Below, one piece after another: positions 1-16,160 of a stretch of 64,000 bases of DNA. This DNA comes from Macrostomum lignano (lineage: Eukaryota): contig NIVC01000302.1 in assembly GCA_002269645.1 (NCBI GenBank), forward strand, positions 630,580 through 694,579, written 5' to 3'. Made by a program: the position numbers and the translations under genes. The notes under the pieces were generated by a model. It was given only the letters and a program-made list of their open reading frames with translations, was not told where the DNA came from and searched no databases. Numbering within the stretch: the first letter of the stretch is position 1; each line of letters begins with the position of its first letter.

Positions 1-575
1 TATCTATCTCTCTCATATCTTATCTCACCTGTGTATCTCTCATCTCTCACCTGTGTATCTCTCATCTCCAATCTCACCCCTCTCTCTCTTCCCTTACCTC
101 TCTATCTCTCTCATCTCATCTTGTAGTAGATTTAGTTCATTGTCAGTCTTGTATAATTTTTTGAGTCCCCTCACGACATTGCTTGAACTTCAACCAACTC
201 AAAGTCACTTTCCCCTCCGGAGACGGCTCTCCAGTCCTCTTGCAAAGCAATTCTCTCCTTTGCTTGCCTCTCCTAGAAGATAAGCTGTCCCTTGTTACCA
301 TTGGCCGCGAACTGCTCATCCACCCCACTCCTACTCAACTCCGGGGGGACCCCCTGGGGTGGGTGGCCTCCGGCCCAGTTCGGGCTGCTCGGTGAGATAA
401 ATAAATCCCCAGCAGGAGCTGCCGCCACAGCTGTCCAAAGAAATTTTCTTGTGCTGCCAAATCCATCCATCTGCCTTGCACTCTGCTCTGCGTTCGGCTG
501 GGAATTCTACTGCAGCACTGGTGAGCAAACAACTCAATTTGTTTTATTTGCTTCTTCACTTGTGAGTAGATAACG

Positions 576-1190
576 GGATTGAGAATGGGATTGAGAGTGA
601 AATTAGTTGTTAGATTCTTTGTGAGATTTCGGATGAGATTTCTAAAGAGGGTGAGATTAAGTGTGAGATTAATTTGTGACATTTTGGATGCTACTTAGGG
701 TGAGATTTCGGATCAGCTTGAAAGTGAAATTGAGGGTGAGATTTCGGATGATATTTTGGATGAGAGTGAGAATGAGATTTTGAATGAGATTGAGGGTGAG
801 ATTTTGGGTGAGATTGAGGATGAGACTTCAGATGAGACTTCAGATGAGATTTAGAGTGAGAATTTAGGATGAGATTGAGGGTGAGATTTCAGATGAGATT
901 TAGAGTGAGAAGTTAGGATGAGATTAAGGGTGAGATTTCAGATGAGATTTAGAGTGAGAAGTTAAGATGAGGTTGAGGGTGAGATTTTGGATGAGATTTA
1001 GAGTGAGAAGTTAGGATGAGATTGAGGGTGAGAGTTCGAATGAGATTTAGAATGAGAAGTTAGGATGAGATTGAGGGTGAGATTTCGGATGAGGTTTAGG
1101 ATGAGATTAAGGGTGAAATTTTGAATGACATGAGACTGAGGTTTTGGATGAGACTTTGTATAAGATTAAGATTGAGAAGGAATTGAAACT
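576..1190. repeat. Degenerate GATGAGATT/GAGATTT-type tandem array
   Basis: Repeated gatgagatt/gggtgagattt motifs of variable spacing; explains the ORF 335..682. Confidence 0.8.
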
Positions 1191-3276
1191 GAGATCATGG
1201 AATCAGAGAGTAGCAACCAAAGCATAATCCACCTGATAATTAGAATGGTCAATTAAAAAATCGCAATGAAAGCTTTTCCACAGCAAAATATTGATAAATC
1301 GTCAATAAAAACCGAAGATCGGTAAATCAAATCCCATACTGCCCAAATATTAGATTGTTGACTCCTCAGATTAAACAGGGCCACAGTCCGAGAGGCGTGA
1401 AATCCGCCTCCTCGCTGGTGGTCCTTCATCGCAGAATCAGTTGGACTCAGGCCAAACTGTCTGTCTTATTATTATTATTCAAAAGTCGCGTGAGCCTCCT
1501 AGTAGAAGAAATTAATGGCATAGCAATTTTTATCTTTTAGTGACCCACCGCAGCCCCAGATCGCTATGGGAGCGGTCAGGGGGTGTTTAGAGTGGGGGGG
1601 GGGCGAAGATCCATTCAAGCGGAAACAACGGGACGCGAAGGGCTACTCTCGGGGAGAAATCTCCCCTATATTCCCATATAGCTACAGCTAGGGGGGGGGG
1701 GACTTAATGGAGACAGTCCCGCCACTGTTGCCGAGAGCCAGACCCCCCCCCCAAGACCTCATTTCCTATCGAACACAGAGAGTTGGCAGCCGGCCTGGTG
1801 TGGCTGTAATAACGGGGCCAGGGGTAGGGGAACGCGCGGGGAAGCGGTCATCATAAAGCACAGATGAGCATCAGGGAGGTTAAGTCCGAGCTGACAAGAT
1901 CTGACAGCAACGGTCGGGCAGTTCCGTGTTTGACTTGGCAGTGGCGGTCCCGCTGCCCGCCTACAAGGCAAGGGCGGCACAAAGTGGACAGTGGGCGAGT
2001 TTATTGAACGATTTTCATTAATAACCCCCTTGGCAACCAAATATAAAAGCCAAAGTAGCTTCATCAGACTACCAGTTGCCTTCCAGGCTCTGAGATCTCA
2101 CAGAGAGCCTCTTCAGCACCGGTTTCCTAACTGCACCCACTTCACTCCCGACCGCGTTAGAACAGGGGACTCAAATAGGGGTGCTTGTGAGCACTGGCTA
2201 ACAACAATGCCCATCACAGCTAGTGGCCTCGCCTCGGGGGTACTCTGGCAAAAATTCCAATTTCAATTAGAAGCAGCCAAAGCGCCCCAGATTCTGTCAA
2301 CAACACACCAAAAGCTCTGTTGCTAAGTCTCCGAATTTGTCAAATAAAACAGGGGGTTCAGTTCTAGGAAATGATGAGTTCTGAGCCTTAGCAGAAGATG
2401 ATGCTTGAGATGCAGCGCCGGAGTCTGCATTTGACAGCTTATACTGTTGCGTCACCGAAAAATGAACGCAATCTCGCAATCTTTGTCGGCTGCGGTCTCT
2501 GGGCAGAACCCGAGTCGTGTAGGCATTGTATAATAGCAAAAAATGCGATTCCTTGCTCAAATATTGATTACAAATTCCCAGGAAAAAACCCTTAAAGAAG
2601 TTAAAAGAATTCCCAAAACCTAACGCCAGATGTGCCGCAGTGAAGCCTCTCCTTGCTCTCAGTCTGACCCTCCGTGGCTCCGACTCGGCTTTATCAGTAT
2701 AGGGTTGTCAATCAAAGTAGAAACGGCTGGGGAGCTGGGAAAATAAAATGGGGTGGTGGGAGTGAAGAACTTCCGTGATTGAGAGCTCCGGTTCTGTGCC
2801 GTTGGCAGCAAGATCCGTCAAACAATAGCAAACAAAAGAGGCCTTGGAAACAGCGTGTCCCAGATAAGGCAGTAATTATCAGTTGAGTTGAGATTTTTGT
2901 CAGCATTGTTTAATATTTGATTGGGCTTGAAGCAGAAGAATTAACAGATTAGAGACTTGGAGAGAGGGCGAGAGATAAGGGAGGGGAGGCATAGCAAAGG
3001 CGGGAGGGGGCGGTTCGAGTAGGTTGAAGAGGCAAACAGTGATGACCAAGAGGAGCAACAGGGAGGGGGGGGTTAATTAAAAATATCGCCTACAGGTAAA
3101 AACGGAACGGTTGGGAGAAATCAATAACTGCGTTTTGCCTCTTAGGGGCGGCATGACAACTAAAATTGGCCTTGATAACTTGCCCGGGGCATTTGCACAA
3201 TGCTAGTCATGCCAATTATGTCCCAGGTAAGGGCCCAAGTTATAGTAGTGTTTATCCATCTCTATCTACCTACCTT

Positions 3277-4031
3277 GGGGCGATTCTTGGGGGGGGGGCG
3301 ATTCTCGCGGGGTGATTCTCGCGGGGGTGATTCTCGCGGGGGCGATTCTCGCGGGGGGCGATTCTCGCGGGGGCGATTCTAGCGGGAGGCGATTCTCGCG
3401 GGAGGCGATTCTCGCGGGAGGCGATTCTCGCGGGAGGCGATTCTAGCGGGAGGCGATTATCGCATGGGGGCGATTCTCGCGGGGGCGATTCTAGCGGGAG
3501 GCGATTCTCGCGGGGGCGATTCTCGCGGGGGTGATTCTCGCGGGGGCGATTCTCGCGGGGGGCGATTCTCGCGGGGGCGATTCTAGCGGGAGGCGATTCT
3601 CGCGGGAGGCGATTCTCGCGGGAGGCGATTCTCGCGGGAGGCGATTCTAGCGGGAGGCGATTATCGCATGGGGGCGATTCTCGCGGGGGCGATTCTAGCG
3701 GGAGGCGATTCTCGCGGGGGCGATTCTCGCGGGGTGATTCTCGCGGGGGCGATTCTCGCGGGGGGCGATTCTCGCGGGGGCGATTCTAGCGGGAGGCGAT
3801 TCTCGCGGGAGGCGATTCTCGCGGGAGGCGATTCTCGCGGGAGGCGATTCTAGCGGGAGGCGATTATCGCATGGGGGCGATTCTCGCGGGGGCGATTCTA
3901 GCGGGAGGCGATTCTCGCGGGAGGCGATTCTCGCGGGAGGCGATTCTCGCGGGAGGCGATTCTAGCGGGAGGCGATTATCGCATGGGGGCGATTCTCGCG
4001 GGGGGCGATTCTCGCGGGGGGCGATTCTCGC
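3277..4031. repeat. ~16-bp G-rich minisatellite (GGCGATTCTCGCGGGR)
   Basis: Dozens of tandem copies; each unit carries a GCGA-TTC-TCGC mini inverted repeat. Confidence 0.95.
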
Positions 4032-5057
4032 ATAAGGATAAGAGAAAGCAGCAGCATGAGTCACTGCAGTTCCTGAGCTTCCATCTGAGCCTTAAAATTC
4101 GGACCAGAAATTTGATTATGCATTCCAGTGAGGCTCCTGGGGTGAATCACGCACAGACAGGAGAGCCCGACATCAGCTATTTAGATAAATGATTCGAAGC
4201 TGAAACTTCCCAGCGATCTGCATCTTCAATCTCTTTTTTTATTTTCCTTCGGTAACCCCCGCGCCGAACTGGGACTGGGAGAGAGTCAAATCAAATCAGC
4301 GATCCATTTTGCTTATCGCTTCGCTGAGTCTTTGTCAGGATTGCGCCGATAAAAAGGCGCATGAGCACACAAAGACCAACTATAGCTGCTGCTCAAATCA
4401 GTCTTAGTTACCCTCGCAGCACTGCCTCCCTTCCCCCCGAAGTTTTGATTGATGCCAGCCAGCCAGGATCACGTGACCAAACTAGATAGCCATTCTAGGA
4501 AAGAAAGAGAAAGGCAAGGAGGCGGCGCTGTTGTTGCAACCACTGTCTAATAGGATCAATTTCCCTAACAATAGCCGGCGCGATAAATCCCATTGTCAGG
4601 ACGTGTCAAGCCACGCGACTTCCCGACGTCTCAAACTCTTGGCGTCAGCTCAAAGTCGCCGGGATCAAACTAGCCCGGGGATGAGGAGAATCTTTCTGAT
4701 CAAAACGCTCCCAGCTCGGCGGGGAGGCCGGGGAGGCACAGCGGGGAGGCCGGGGGGGGGGGTTGCGCAAAGACTGCCGCTAGCCCGGGAGCTTCTCTTG
4801 CTCGAAGGGACAACCAGCAAGACGAGAATCCCCAAGAGTAATTGATGGGACAATGGCGGCTCGGGGCGGGCTAATTAAGGGATGCGCTGGGCGCAGTAGG
4901 GAGGGGGACGCCAGCCAGTCATGAGCTCCTCGCAGCTTCCACCAATAGCTTCATCATCTCAGCAGCATCTGCCTTGAGTATAGCCATATACATGCATAAA
5001 AATTCATGCTATCTGCACTCCGCTTCAAATTTTGCACCGCCAGACGGACCGCAGCGA

Positions 5058-5852
5058 ATGACGTCATCCAAGGAGAACTCCGCACTGCCCGCGGCTGCTG
5101 CGCCTCCGGCCAAGGAGCGGAAAAAGAAGTCAGCTAAAGCAGCAGCAGCGGGAGCAGCAGAACCTTCATCGGAGCCGGCAGCCGCGGTCCGCGTGCCCAA
5201 GAAGCGCGGCCCCAAGAAGAAGCAGATGACGCCGGAGCGCGTGGCGAAGCTGCGCCAGCGCCGGGTGCGCGCCAACGCGCGCGAACGCAGCCGCATGCAC
5301 GGGCTGAACGAGGCGCTGGACACGCTGCGTCGCTACGTCCCGTGCGGCGCCCAGGCGCACCGGCTGAGCAAGATTGAGACGCTGCGCCTGTCCAGGAACT
5401 ACATCCTGGCGCTGGGCGACATCCTCCGGTCCGGGCAGCCACCGGACCCGCTGGCGTTCGCTCGCACCCTGACCAGCGGCCTGTCGCAGAGCACCGCCAA
5501 CCTGCTGGCCGGCTCGCTGCAGGTCAATCCCAGACTCCTGGCGCCTCATCATCACCTGCAGCAGCAGCAGCAGCAGCATCCTGAGCAGCAGCATCAGCAG
5601 CCTCCGGGAAGCGAGGAGGACTGCCTGCCGGATGACCTGAGCTCGCTAGCCTGGAGTCCTCAGCCCGCGATCGCCGCTCCGGTTGCAGCTCCGGTCCGGT
5701 GTCCCGCGTCCGCTGGAATCGAACTCCCGACCTACCATCCTACTCAGGAGGAGTGCCACCATCCGGGCTATCAGCAGGCAGCGCTGGACCCGCGCCAGCT
5801 GGATGCAACTGGCCGATTCGTTGATTTCTGGCGACTGGCCAACTCTCAGTAG
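5058..5852 (+). CDS. neuroD: NeuroD-family bHLH transcription factor, single exon (in-frame upstream ATG at 4992 also possible)
   Basis: [53 protein letters not shown] is the NeuroD bHLH with its basic NLS; it is followed by [31 protein letters not shown], matching the NeuroD-specific C-terminal extension. Confidence 0.95.
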   Translation: MTSSKENSALPAAAAPPAKERKKKSAKAAAAGAAEPSSEPAAAVRVPKKRGPKKKQMTPERVAKLRQRRVRANARERSRMHGLNEALDTLRRYVPCGAQAHRLSKIETLRLSRNYILALGDILRSGQPPDPLAFARTLTSGLSQSTANLLAGSLQVNPRLLAPHHHLQQQQQQHPEQQHQQPPGSEEDCLPDDLSSLAWSPQPAIAAPVAAPVRCPASAGIELPTYHPTQEECHHPGYQQAALDPRQLDATGRFVDFWRLANSQ

Positions 5853-6348
5853 TATGTGCAGCATTTCATTCGCTGAATTTGCTCGGTGCAAAACTTCACT
5901 GGATTTAGAAGCCCCGAAGCGACTTTCACGTTAGGGAATATTTTTTGCCGAAGCCAACAATTTCTACTTTGAGCTTTTACTCTGAAACGAAATAGTGTCA
6001 AAACAGTCCGTGCTGAGGTCTCTAAGTTTAACAACTCTTTTATTGGTTCCCTGTGGTCTGAGGCCGTCACTTGAAAATAAGTTCTCTTTGTACTTATACT
6101 TCGAAGTAGTGCTCTCTGATTTATATTGCGCGTTTGAGTCGCTTTGTCAGCTCTGCTGTCCGTATTTATTTGTTAATTAGACAGTTTTATTAATGCAATT
6201 AATGCCAAATATGGAATATATTGGTGCATGTGCAAATTTACTGCAAAGCTTTTTTAATTAGCTCTGTTTAATTGCATCAAGCTTGGAATGCAGATTGACA
6301 AGTGGCATCAATGATTTGTTTGGTTTCTGCGCTCCTAAGGAATATCTA

Positions 6349-8140
6349 TAGTGTCATATGCAGTGCAATAGTGTCAGATGCAGTGCAATAGTGTCAGATG
6401 CAGTGCAATAGTGTCAGATGCAGTGCAATAGTGTCAGATGCAGTGCAATAGTGTCAGATGCAGTGCAATAGTGTCAGATGCAGTGCGATAGTTTCAGATA
6501 CAGTGCAATAGTGTCAGATGCAGTGCAATAGTGTCAGATGCAGTGCGATAGTGTCAGATGCAGTGCAATAGTGTCAGATACAGTGCAATAGTGTCAGATG
6601 CAGTGCAATAGTGTCAGATGCAGTGCAATAGTGTCAGATGCAGTGCAATAGTGTCAGATGCAGTGCAATAGTGTCAGATACAGTGCAATAGTGTCAGATG
6701 CAGTGCAATAGTGTCAGATGCAGTGCAATAGTGTCAGATGCAGTGCAATAGTGTCAGATGCAGTGCAATAGTGTCAGATGCAGTGCGATAGTTTCAGATA
6801 CAGTGCAATAGTGTCAGATGCAGTGCAATAGTGTCAGATGCAGTGCGATAGTGTCAGATGCAGTGCAATAGTGTCAGATACAGTGCAATAGTGTCAGATG
6901 CAGTGCGATAGTTTCAGATACAGTGCAATAGTGTCAGATGCAGTGCAATAGTGTCAGATGCAGTGCGATAGTGTCAGATGCAGTGCAATAGTGTCAGATG
7001 CAGTGCAATAGTGTCAGATGCAGTGCAATAGTGTCAGATGCAGTGCAATAGTGTCAGATGCAGTGCGATAGTTTCAGATACAGTGCAATAGTGTCAGATG
7101 CAGTGCAATAGTGTCAGATGCAGTGCGATAGTGTCAGATACAGTGCAATAGTGTCAGATGCAGTGCAATAGTGTCAGATGCAGTGCGATAGTGTCAGATG
7201 CAGTGCAATAGTGTCAGATACAGTGCAATAGTGTCAGATGCAGTGCGATAGTTTCAGATACAGTGCAATAGTGTCAGATGCAGTGCAATAGTGTCAGATG
7301 CAGTGCGATAGTGTCAGATGCAGTGCAATAGTGTCAGATGCAGTGCAATAGTGTCAGATGCAGTGCAATAGTGTCAGATGCAGTGCAATAGTGTCAGATA
7401 CAGTGCAATAGTGTCAGATGCAGTGCAATAGTGTCAGATGCAGTGCAATAGTGTCAGATGCAGTGCAATAGTGTCAGATGCAGTGCAATAGTGTCAGATG
7501 CAGTGCAATAGTGTCAGATACAGTGCAATAGTGTCAGATGCAGTGCGATACTGTCAGATACAGTGCAATAGTGTCAGATGCAGTGCGATAGTGTCAGATG
7601 CAGTGCAATAGTGTCAGATGCAGTGCAATAGTGTCAGATGCAGTGCGATAGTGTCAGATGCAGTGCAATAGTATCAGATGCAGTGCAATAGTGTCAGATG
7701 CAGTGCGATAGTGTCAGATGCAGTGCAATAGTGTCAGATGCAGTGCGATAGTGTCAGATGCAGTGCAATAGTGTCAGATGCAGTTGAATAGTGTCAGGTG
7801 CAGTTGAATAGTGTCAGATGCAGTGCAATAGTGTCAGATGCAGTGCAATAGTGTCAGATGCAGTTGAATAGTGTCAGGTGCAGTTGAATAGTGTCAGATG
7901 CAGTGCAATAGTGTCAGATGCAGTGCGATAGTGTCAGATGCAGTGCAATAGTGTCAGATGCAGTGCGATAGTGTCAGGTGCAGTTGAATAGTGTCAGATG
8001 CAGTGCAATAGTGTCAGATGCAGTGCAATAGTGTCAGATGCAGTGCGATAGTGTCAGATGCAGTGCGATAGTGTCAGATGCAGTGCAATAGTTTGAGATG
8101 CAGTGCGATAGTGTCAGATGCAGTTGAATAGTGTCAGATG
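6349..8140. repeat. 20-bp minisatellite (CAGTGCAATAGTGTCAGATG), ~90 copies
   Basis: Exact 20-bp periodicity visible in the line layout, with minor variants. Confidence 0.97.
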
Positions 8141-8433
8141 ATGAAGCGCTGTCATATACGACGCAATGGTGTCAGACGCTTTTAGTCTGGAGGAGGACCG
8201 TATGCACTCTGGCGCACTTGAAGCGCCATGCCAAAAAATGAAGCCTCATGTCAAACATAAAATATTAATTTGGGAATTGCTATAATGCTGCGACTCTTGA
8301 GGAGAATCGCAGAGCTGTCAAGGCTTACGTGGGAATTGCTGAGAGGTCAGAAGCTACGAAGCTCGTACATGCAGCATATTCAATTTTTTACTGCTAGTTA
8401 CATTCTTCGTTGGCTCCCCAACGGGGGGGGGCA

Positions 8434-8565
8434 GCTGTCACACAACTGGCGAGAGGCATTGCTGCCAATTCTGCCGACTCCCCTGAGCAGGCACACAAGC
8501 GCGCGGATACGTACGCAGTCATACGCACAGGCACACTCTCACACAGGAGTGTACAGCGGCCCGAA
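8434..8565 (-). repeat. ~130-bp dispersed repeat, copy 1 (inverted copy at 42646-42775)
   Basis: Reverse complement aligns to 42646-42775 (cactcctgtgtgag..tgtgcctgtgcg..atccgcgcgcttgtgtgcct..gttgtgtgaca), about 85% identity by eye. Confidence 0.75.
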
Positions 8566-8578
8566 CTTTATTTATCGT

Positions 8579-8764
8579 TAGGCATGTACACTTCACTGTG
8601 CCTTGGGGGGGGGGGTTGGCCTTCAAGGCCGTTAATTGCATTGCACGAGCAGAGCCAAGCCGAGATTCCAATTTAGCCCCAAATTAATGTGACTGCACTG
8701 GGAATCGAGCCTGGGCCGCTGGCACACCAGAGCGCCGCGCCAGACCACTGGGCTACGGCACCCC
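8579..8764 (-). mobile_element. tRNA-derived SINE, family A, copy 1
   Basis: Minus-strand 5' end GGGGTGCCGTAGCCCAGTGG (A box) and GGCTCGATTCCC (B box); a second full copy lies at 24484-24669. Confidence 0.8.
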
Positions 8765-8942
8765 ATAAGATAAACTCAACTGTAAGTTAAAGAAATTTAT
8801 AGAAAGGCAATAACAAAGGAAACCAGAAAACAATTTTATTTACTCGCTTTACAAAATCTGCATTTTATGGCAAAATTAATGTTCACTGTGAATACTGACA
8901 ATTTTGGCTATGTTGAGTCCTGAATAGTGCATTGGGACATTT

Positions 8943-10021
8943 AAGCACTCAGAAAGGACACACACGCACTCAGCAAGGACACACGCACTCAGAAAGGACA
9001 CACGCACTCAGCAAGGACACACGCACTCAGAAAGAACACACGCACTCAGAAAGGACAGACGCACTCAGAAAGGACACACGCACTCAGAAAGAACACACGC
9101 ACTCAGAAAGGACACACGCACTCAGCAAGGACACACACGCACTCAGAAAGGACACACGCACTCATCAAGGACACACGCACTCAGCAAGGACACACGCACT
9201 CAGCAAGGACACACGCACTCATCAAGGACACACGCACTCAGCAAGGACACACGCACTCAGCAAGGACACACGCACTCAGAAAGGACACACACGCACTCAG
9301 CAAGGACACACGCACTCAGAAAGGACACACGCACTCAGCAAGGACACACGCACTCAGAAAGAACACACGCACTCAGAAAGGACACACGCACTCAGCAAGG
9401 ACACACGCACTCAGAAAGGACACACGCGCACTCAGCAAGGACACACGCACTCAGAAAGGACACACGCACTCAGCAAGGACACACACGCACTCATCAAGGA
9501 CACACGCACTCAGCAAGGACACACGCGCACTCAGCAAGGACACACGCGCACTCAGCAAGGACACACGCACTCAGAAAGGACACACGCACTCATCAAGGAC
9601 ACACGCACTCAGCAAGGACACACGCGCACTCAGCAAGGACACACGCACTCAGCAAGGACACATGCACGCACTCAGAAAATACAGACGCGCACTCAGCAAG
9701 GACACACGCACTAAGCAAGGACACACACGCACTCAGCAAGGACACACGCACTCAGCAAGGACACACGCACTCAGCAAGGACACACGCACTCAGCAAGGAC
9801 ACACACGCACTCAGCAAGGACACACGCACTCAGAAAGGACACACACGCACTCAGCAAGGACACACACGCACTCAGCAAGGACACACGCACTCAGCAAGGA
9901 CACACACGCACTCAGCAAGGACACACGCACTCAGCAAGGACACACGCACTCAGAAAGGACACACACGCACTCAGCAAGGACACACGCACTCAGCAAGGAC
10001 ACACGCACTCAGCAAGGACAC
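8943..10021. repeat. 19-21-bp minisatellite (ACACACGCACTCAGCAAGG)
   Basis: Tandem copies ending ~13 bp from the transporter stop codon; explains ORF 8932..9714. Confidence 0.95.
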
Positions 10022-10033
10022 AAGCAACTCGCC

Positions 10034-13235
<3,202 letters not shown>

Positions 13236-13689
13236 GATGCGGCTGCTGTTTGAGCAGCTGCAACTTACTGCCTTGAGTAACTGGTGCAGTTTCGCACTGA
13301 TCAGCTGAGCACCTGACTACCACTCTTCTGCCCATGTCAATGTAAGAGAACTCTTTAAAACGTTTAAAATTAATGAGCTAAAACCATGTGCATTTTGACA
13401 GTCTTATCTATCAGCAACAGCATTGCTTTCACTCTTATCGAAACGCCATGTTGCAAAGCCAATGGTATTTATTCTGTGCGTGTCTATCCACTTTCTCTCT
13501 CACGTAGACTCCAGCATATCTGCTTCTCACAAGTGATTTTATATCATTTTCAAAATTCAGAATAGATTTAATGAAGTTTCACGAAGTTTTATGTCAATAC
13601 TAATCAGACCGTCTTTCCATAAATCGTATTTAAATAACTTGATGTAAATAATTATATTAATTAATTAAATAACAATAATAATTAATTAC

Positions 13690-13978
13690 ACCATCCCCAT
13701 TTGGGCAGATGTGCAACCGACAGCTCAGCCGCAGCTATTGCGTGGCGTATCTGAAGGCTGCGTACGGCTGTTCAGTCCAAGGACTGGGGGGGGGGGATCG
13801 CCACACACCCTCAATTACCCCAGCTAATGCTGGCACCCATTTTACAGCTGGGTGAACTGAAGCAATGCAGAGTTAAGTGCCTTGCTCAAGGACACAATTT
13901 GTTCCAGTGGGATTGGGAATCGAACCCCCGACCTTCAAGTCGTTAGTCCCACGCTCTAACCACAAGGCTACAACCCCC
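13690..13978 (-). mobile_element. tRNA-derived SINE, family B, with CORE-like central domain
   Basis: Minus strand: GGGGTTGTAGCCTTGTGGTTAGAGC (A box) and GGTTCGATTCCC (B box), then GTGTCCTTGAGCAAGGCACTTAACTC..CAGCTGTAAAATGGG, resembling the CORE/MIR domain; AT-rich tail. Confidence 0.75.
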
Positions 13979-14821
13979 ATTTACATTTAAGGGCGTATAG
14001 AATAAGGGCGTATAGAATAAGGGCGTATAGAATTAGGGAATAAAATATCGGGATGCCGGAATCCTCTGCCTCTCGGGGGGGGGGGGTTTGCTTCTAATCC
14101 CGGGATTTAAAATACCTGTATTTGGGACTGGTTATCCTCGAAATTGTTGTTCAAAATTAATATTTGGACCTTTTTATTAAAACTGTTAAACAAAGCAAGA
14201 AAGAACCATAAAAATTGCACATTAAACCCTAAGGAAATAAGCGGAAAAGTTGACAAAAAGAAATTTTTAATGGTTCCCACCTCACGGTTAAATCAATTTG
14301 CTGTTCAAGCGAGTCTGGCAGCGTCTGCAGGTCTCGGCATGTTAAGACAGGACGAGGTAGACCAACGGCAACACTTAAAGAGCATCATTGAGTTAAACTC
14401 TAAACAATCCCATGTAATGCTTCCAGAGATCACGGCATTGTATTCTCTCATTTTTATGAACATAATGCTGATATCCTAAGCAGGATGGACAATATTCAGT
14501 AGCATAATTTAGCTTACAGAATTAGAACTGGAAACGAACAAATGTTGCACACGTACATGTAAATTAAAGTGTAATATTTTATCTTATCTGAGGCAGACGC
14601 AAGTTGGCTTATCTGATGCTTGGAGAAATCTTATCTGGTCAGGACACGGCTCTATTAGAGATAAGATAACGTTTAGCCCTTTTTAACCCGTTAGCCCTCA
14701 CCATTTTCTAGATATCCGAGTATGCAGGGTGGTCCATCACAATGAAATCAATTAAACGACCTTAATGTTTTTTTCATACTTATATAAACGCTTAATTTCC
14801 TAAACTGGCGATCCAGAAAAG

Positions 14822-16160
14822 AATCTACGAGACTCTCTGGACAAGAACCTACGAGACTCCCTGGACAAGAACCTACGAGACTCTCTGGACAAGAACCTAC
14901 GAGATTCTCTGGACAAGAACCTACGAGACTCTCTGGACAAGAACCTACGAGATTCTCTGGACAAGAACCTACGAGACTCCCTGGACAAGAACCTACGAGA
15001 TTCTCTGGACAAGAACCTACGAGACTCACTGGACAAGAACCTACGAGACTCACTGGACAAGAACCTACGAGATTCTCTGGACAAGAACCTACGAGACTCT
15101 CTGGACAAGAACCTACGAGACTCTCTGGACAAGAACCTACGAGACTCTCTGGACAAGAACCTACGAGACTCACTGGACAAGAACCTACGAGACTCTCTGG
15201 ACAAGAACCTACGAGACTCTCTGGACAAGAACCTACGAGACTCTCTGGACAAGAACCTACGAGACTCTCTGGACAAGAACCTCGAGATTCTCTGGACAAG
15301 AACCTACGAGACTCTCTGGACAAGAACCTACGAGATTCTCTGGACAAGAACCTACGAGACTCTCTGGACAAGAACCTACGAGACTCACTGGACAAGAACC
15401 TCGAGATTCTCTGGACAAGAACCTACGAGATTCTCTGGACAAGAACCTACGAGACTCTCTGGACAAGAACCTACGAGACTCTCTGGACAAGAACCTACGA
15501 GACTCTCTGGACAAGAACCTACGAGACTCTCTGGACAAGAACCTCGAGATTCTCTGGACAAGAACCTACGAGACTCTCTGGACAAGAACCTACGAGACTC
15601 TCTGGACAAGAACCTACGAGACTCTCTGGACAAGAACCTACGAGACTCTCTGGACAAGAACCTTGAGATTCTCTGGACAAGAACCTACGAGACTCCCTGG
15701 ACAAGAACCTACGAGATTCTCTGGACAAGAACCTACGAGATTCTCTGGACAAGAACCTACGAGATTCTCTGGACAAGAACCTACGAGATTCTCTGGACAA
15801 GAACCTACGAGATTCTCCATACAAGAGCCTACGATACGAGATTCGGATTCCCCATACGAGAACCTGAGATTCTCCATAACAAGGGCCTATGAGATTTTCC
15901 ATACAAGAGCCTATGAGATCCTGCATACAATAACCTATGAGATTCTCCATACAAGAGCCTATGATATTCTCCATACAATAATCTGAGATTCTCTATACAA
16001 GAGCCTATGAGATTCTTCATACAAGAGCCACAAGAGCCTATGAGATTCTCCATACAATAACCTATGAGATTCTCTATACAAGAGCCTATGAGATTCTCCA
16101 TACAAGAGCCACAAGAGCCTATGAGATTCTCCATGCAATAACCTACGAGATTCTCTGGAC
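14822..16160. repeat. 24-bp minisatellite (AAGAACCTACGAGACTCTCTGGAC), decaying after ~15820
   Basis: Tandem copies grading into the degenerate CCATACAAGAGCCTATGAGATTCT form. Confidence 0.95.

Noticed and set aside
1355-3250. Unique-looking region with several short ORFs
   Set aside because: No motif, splice chain or terminal repeat could be recognised; left unannotated. A translated homology search would be needed.
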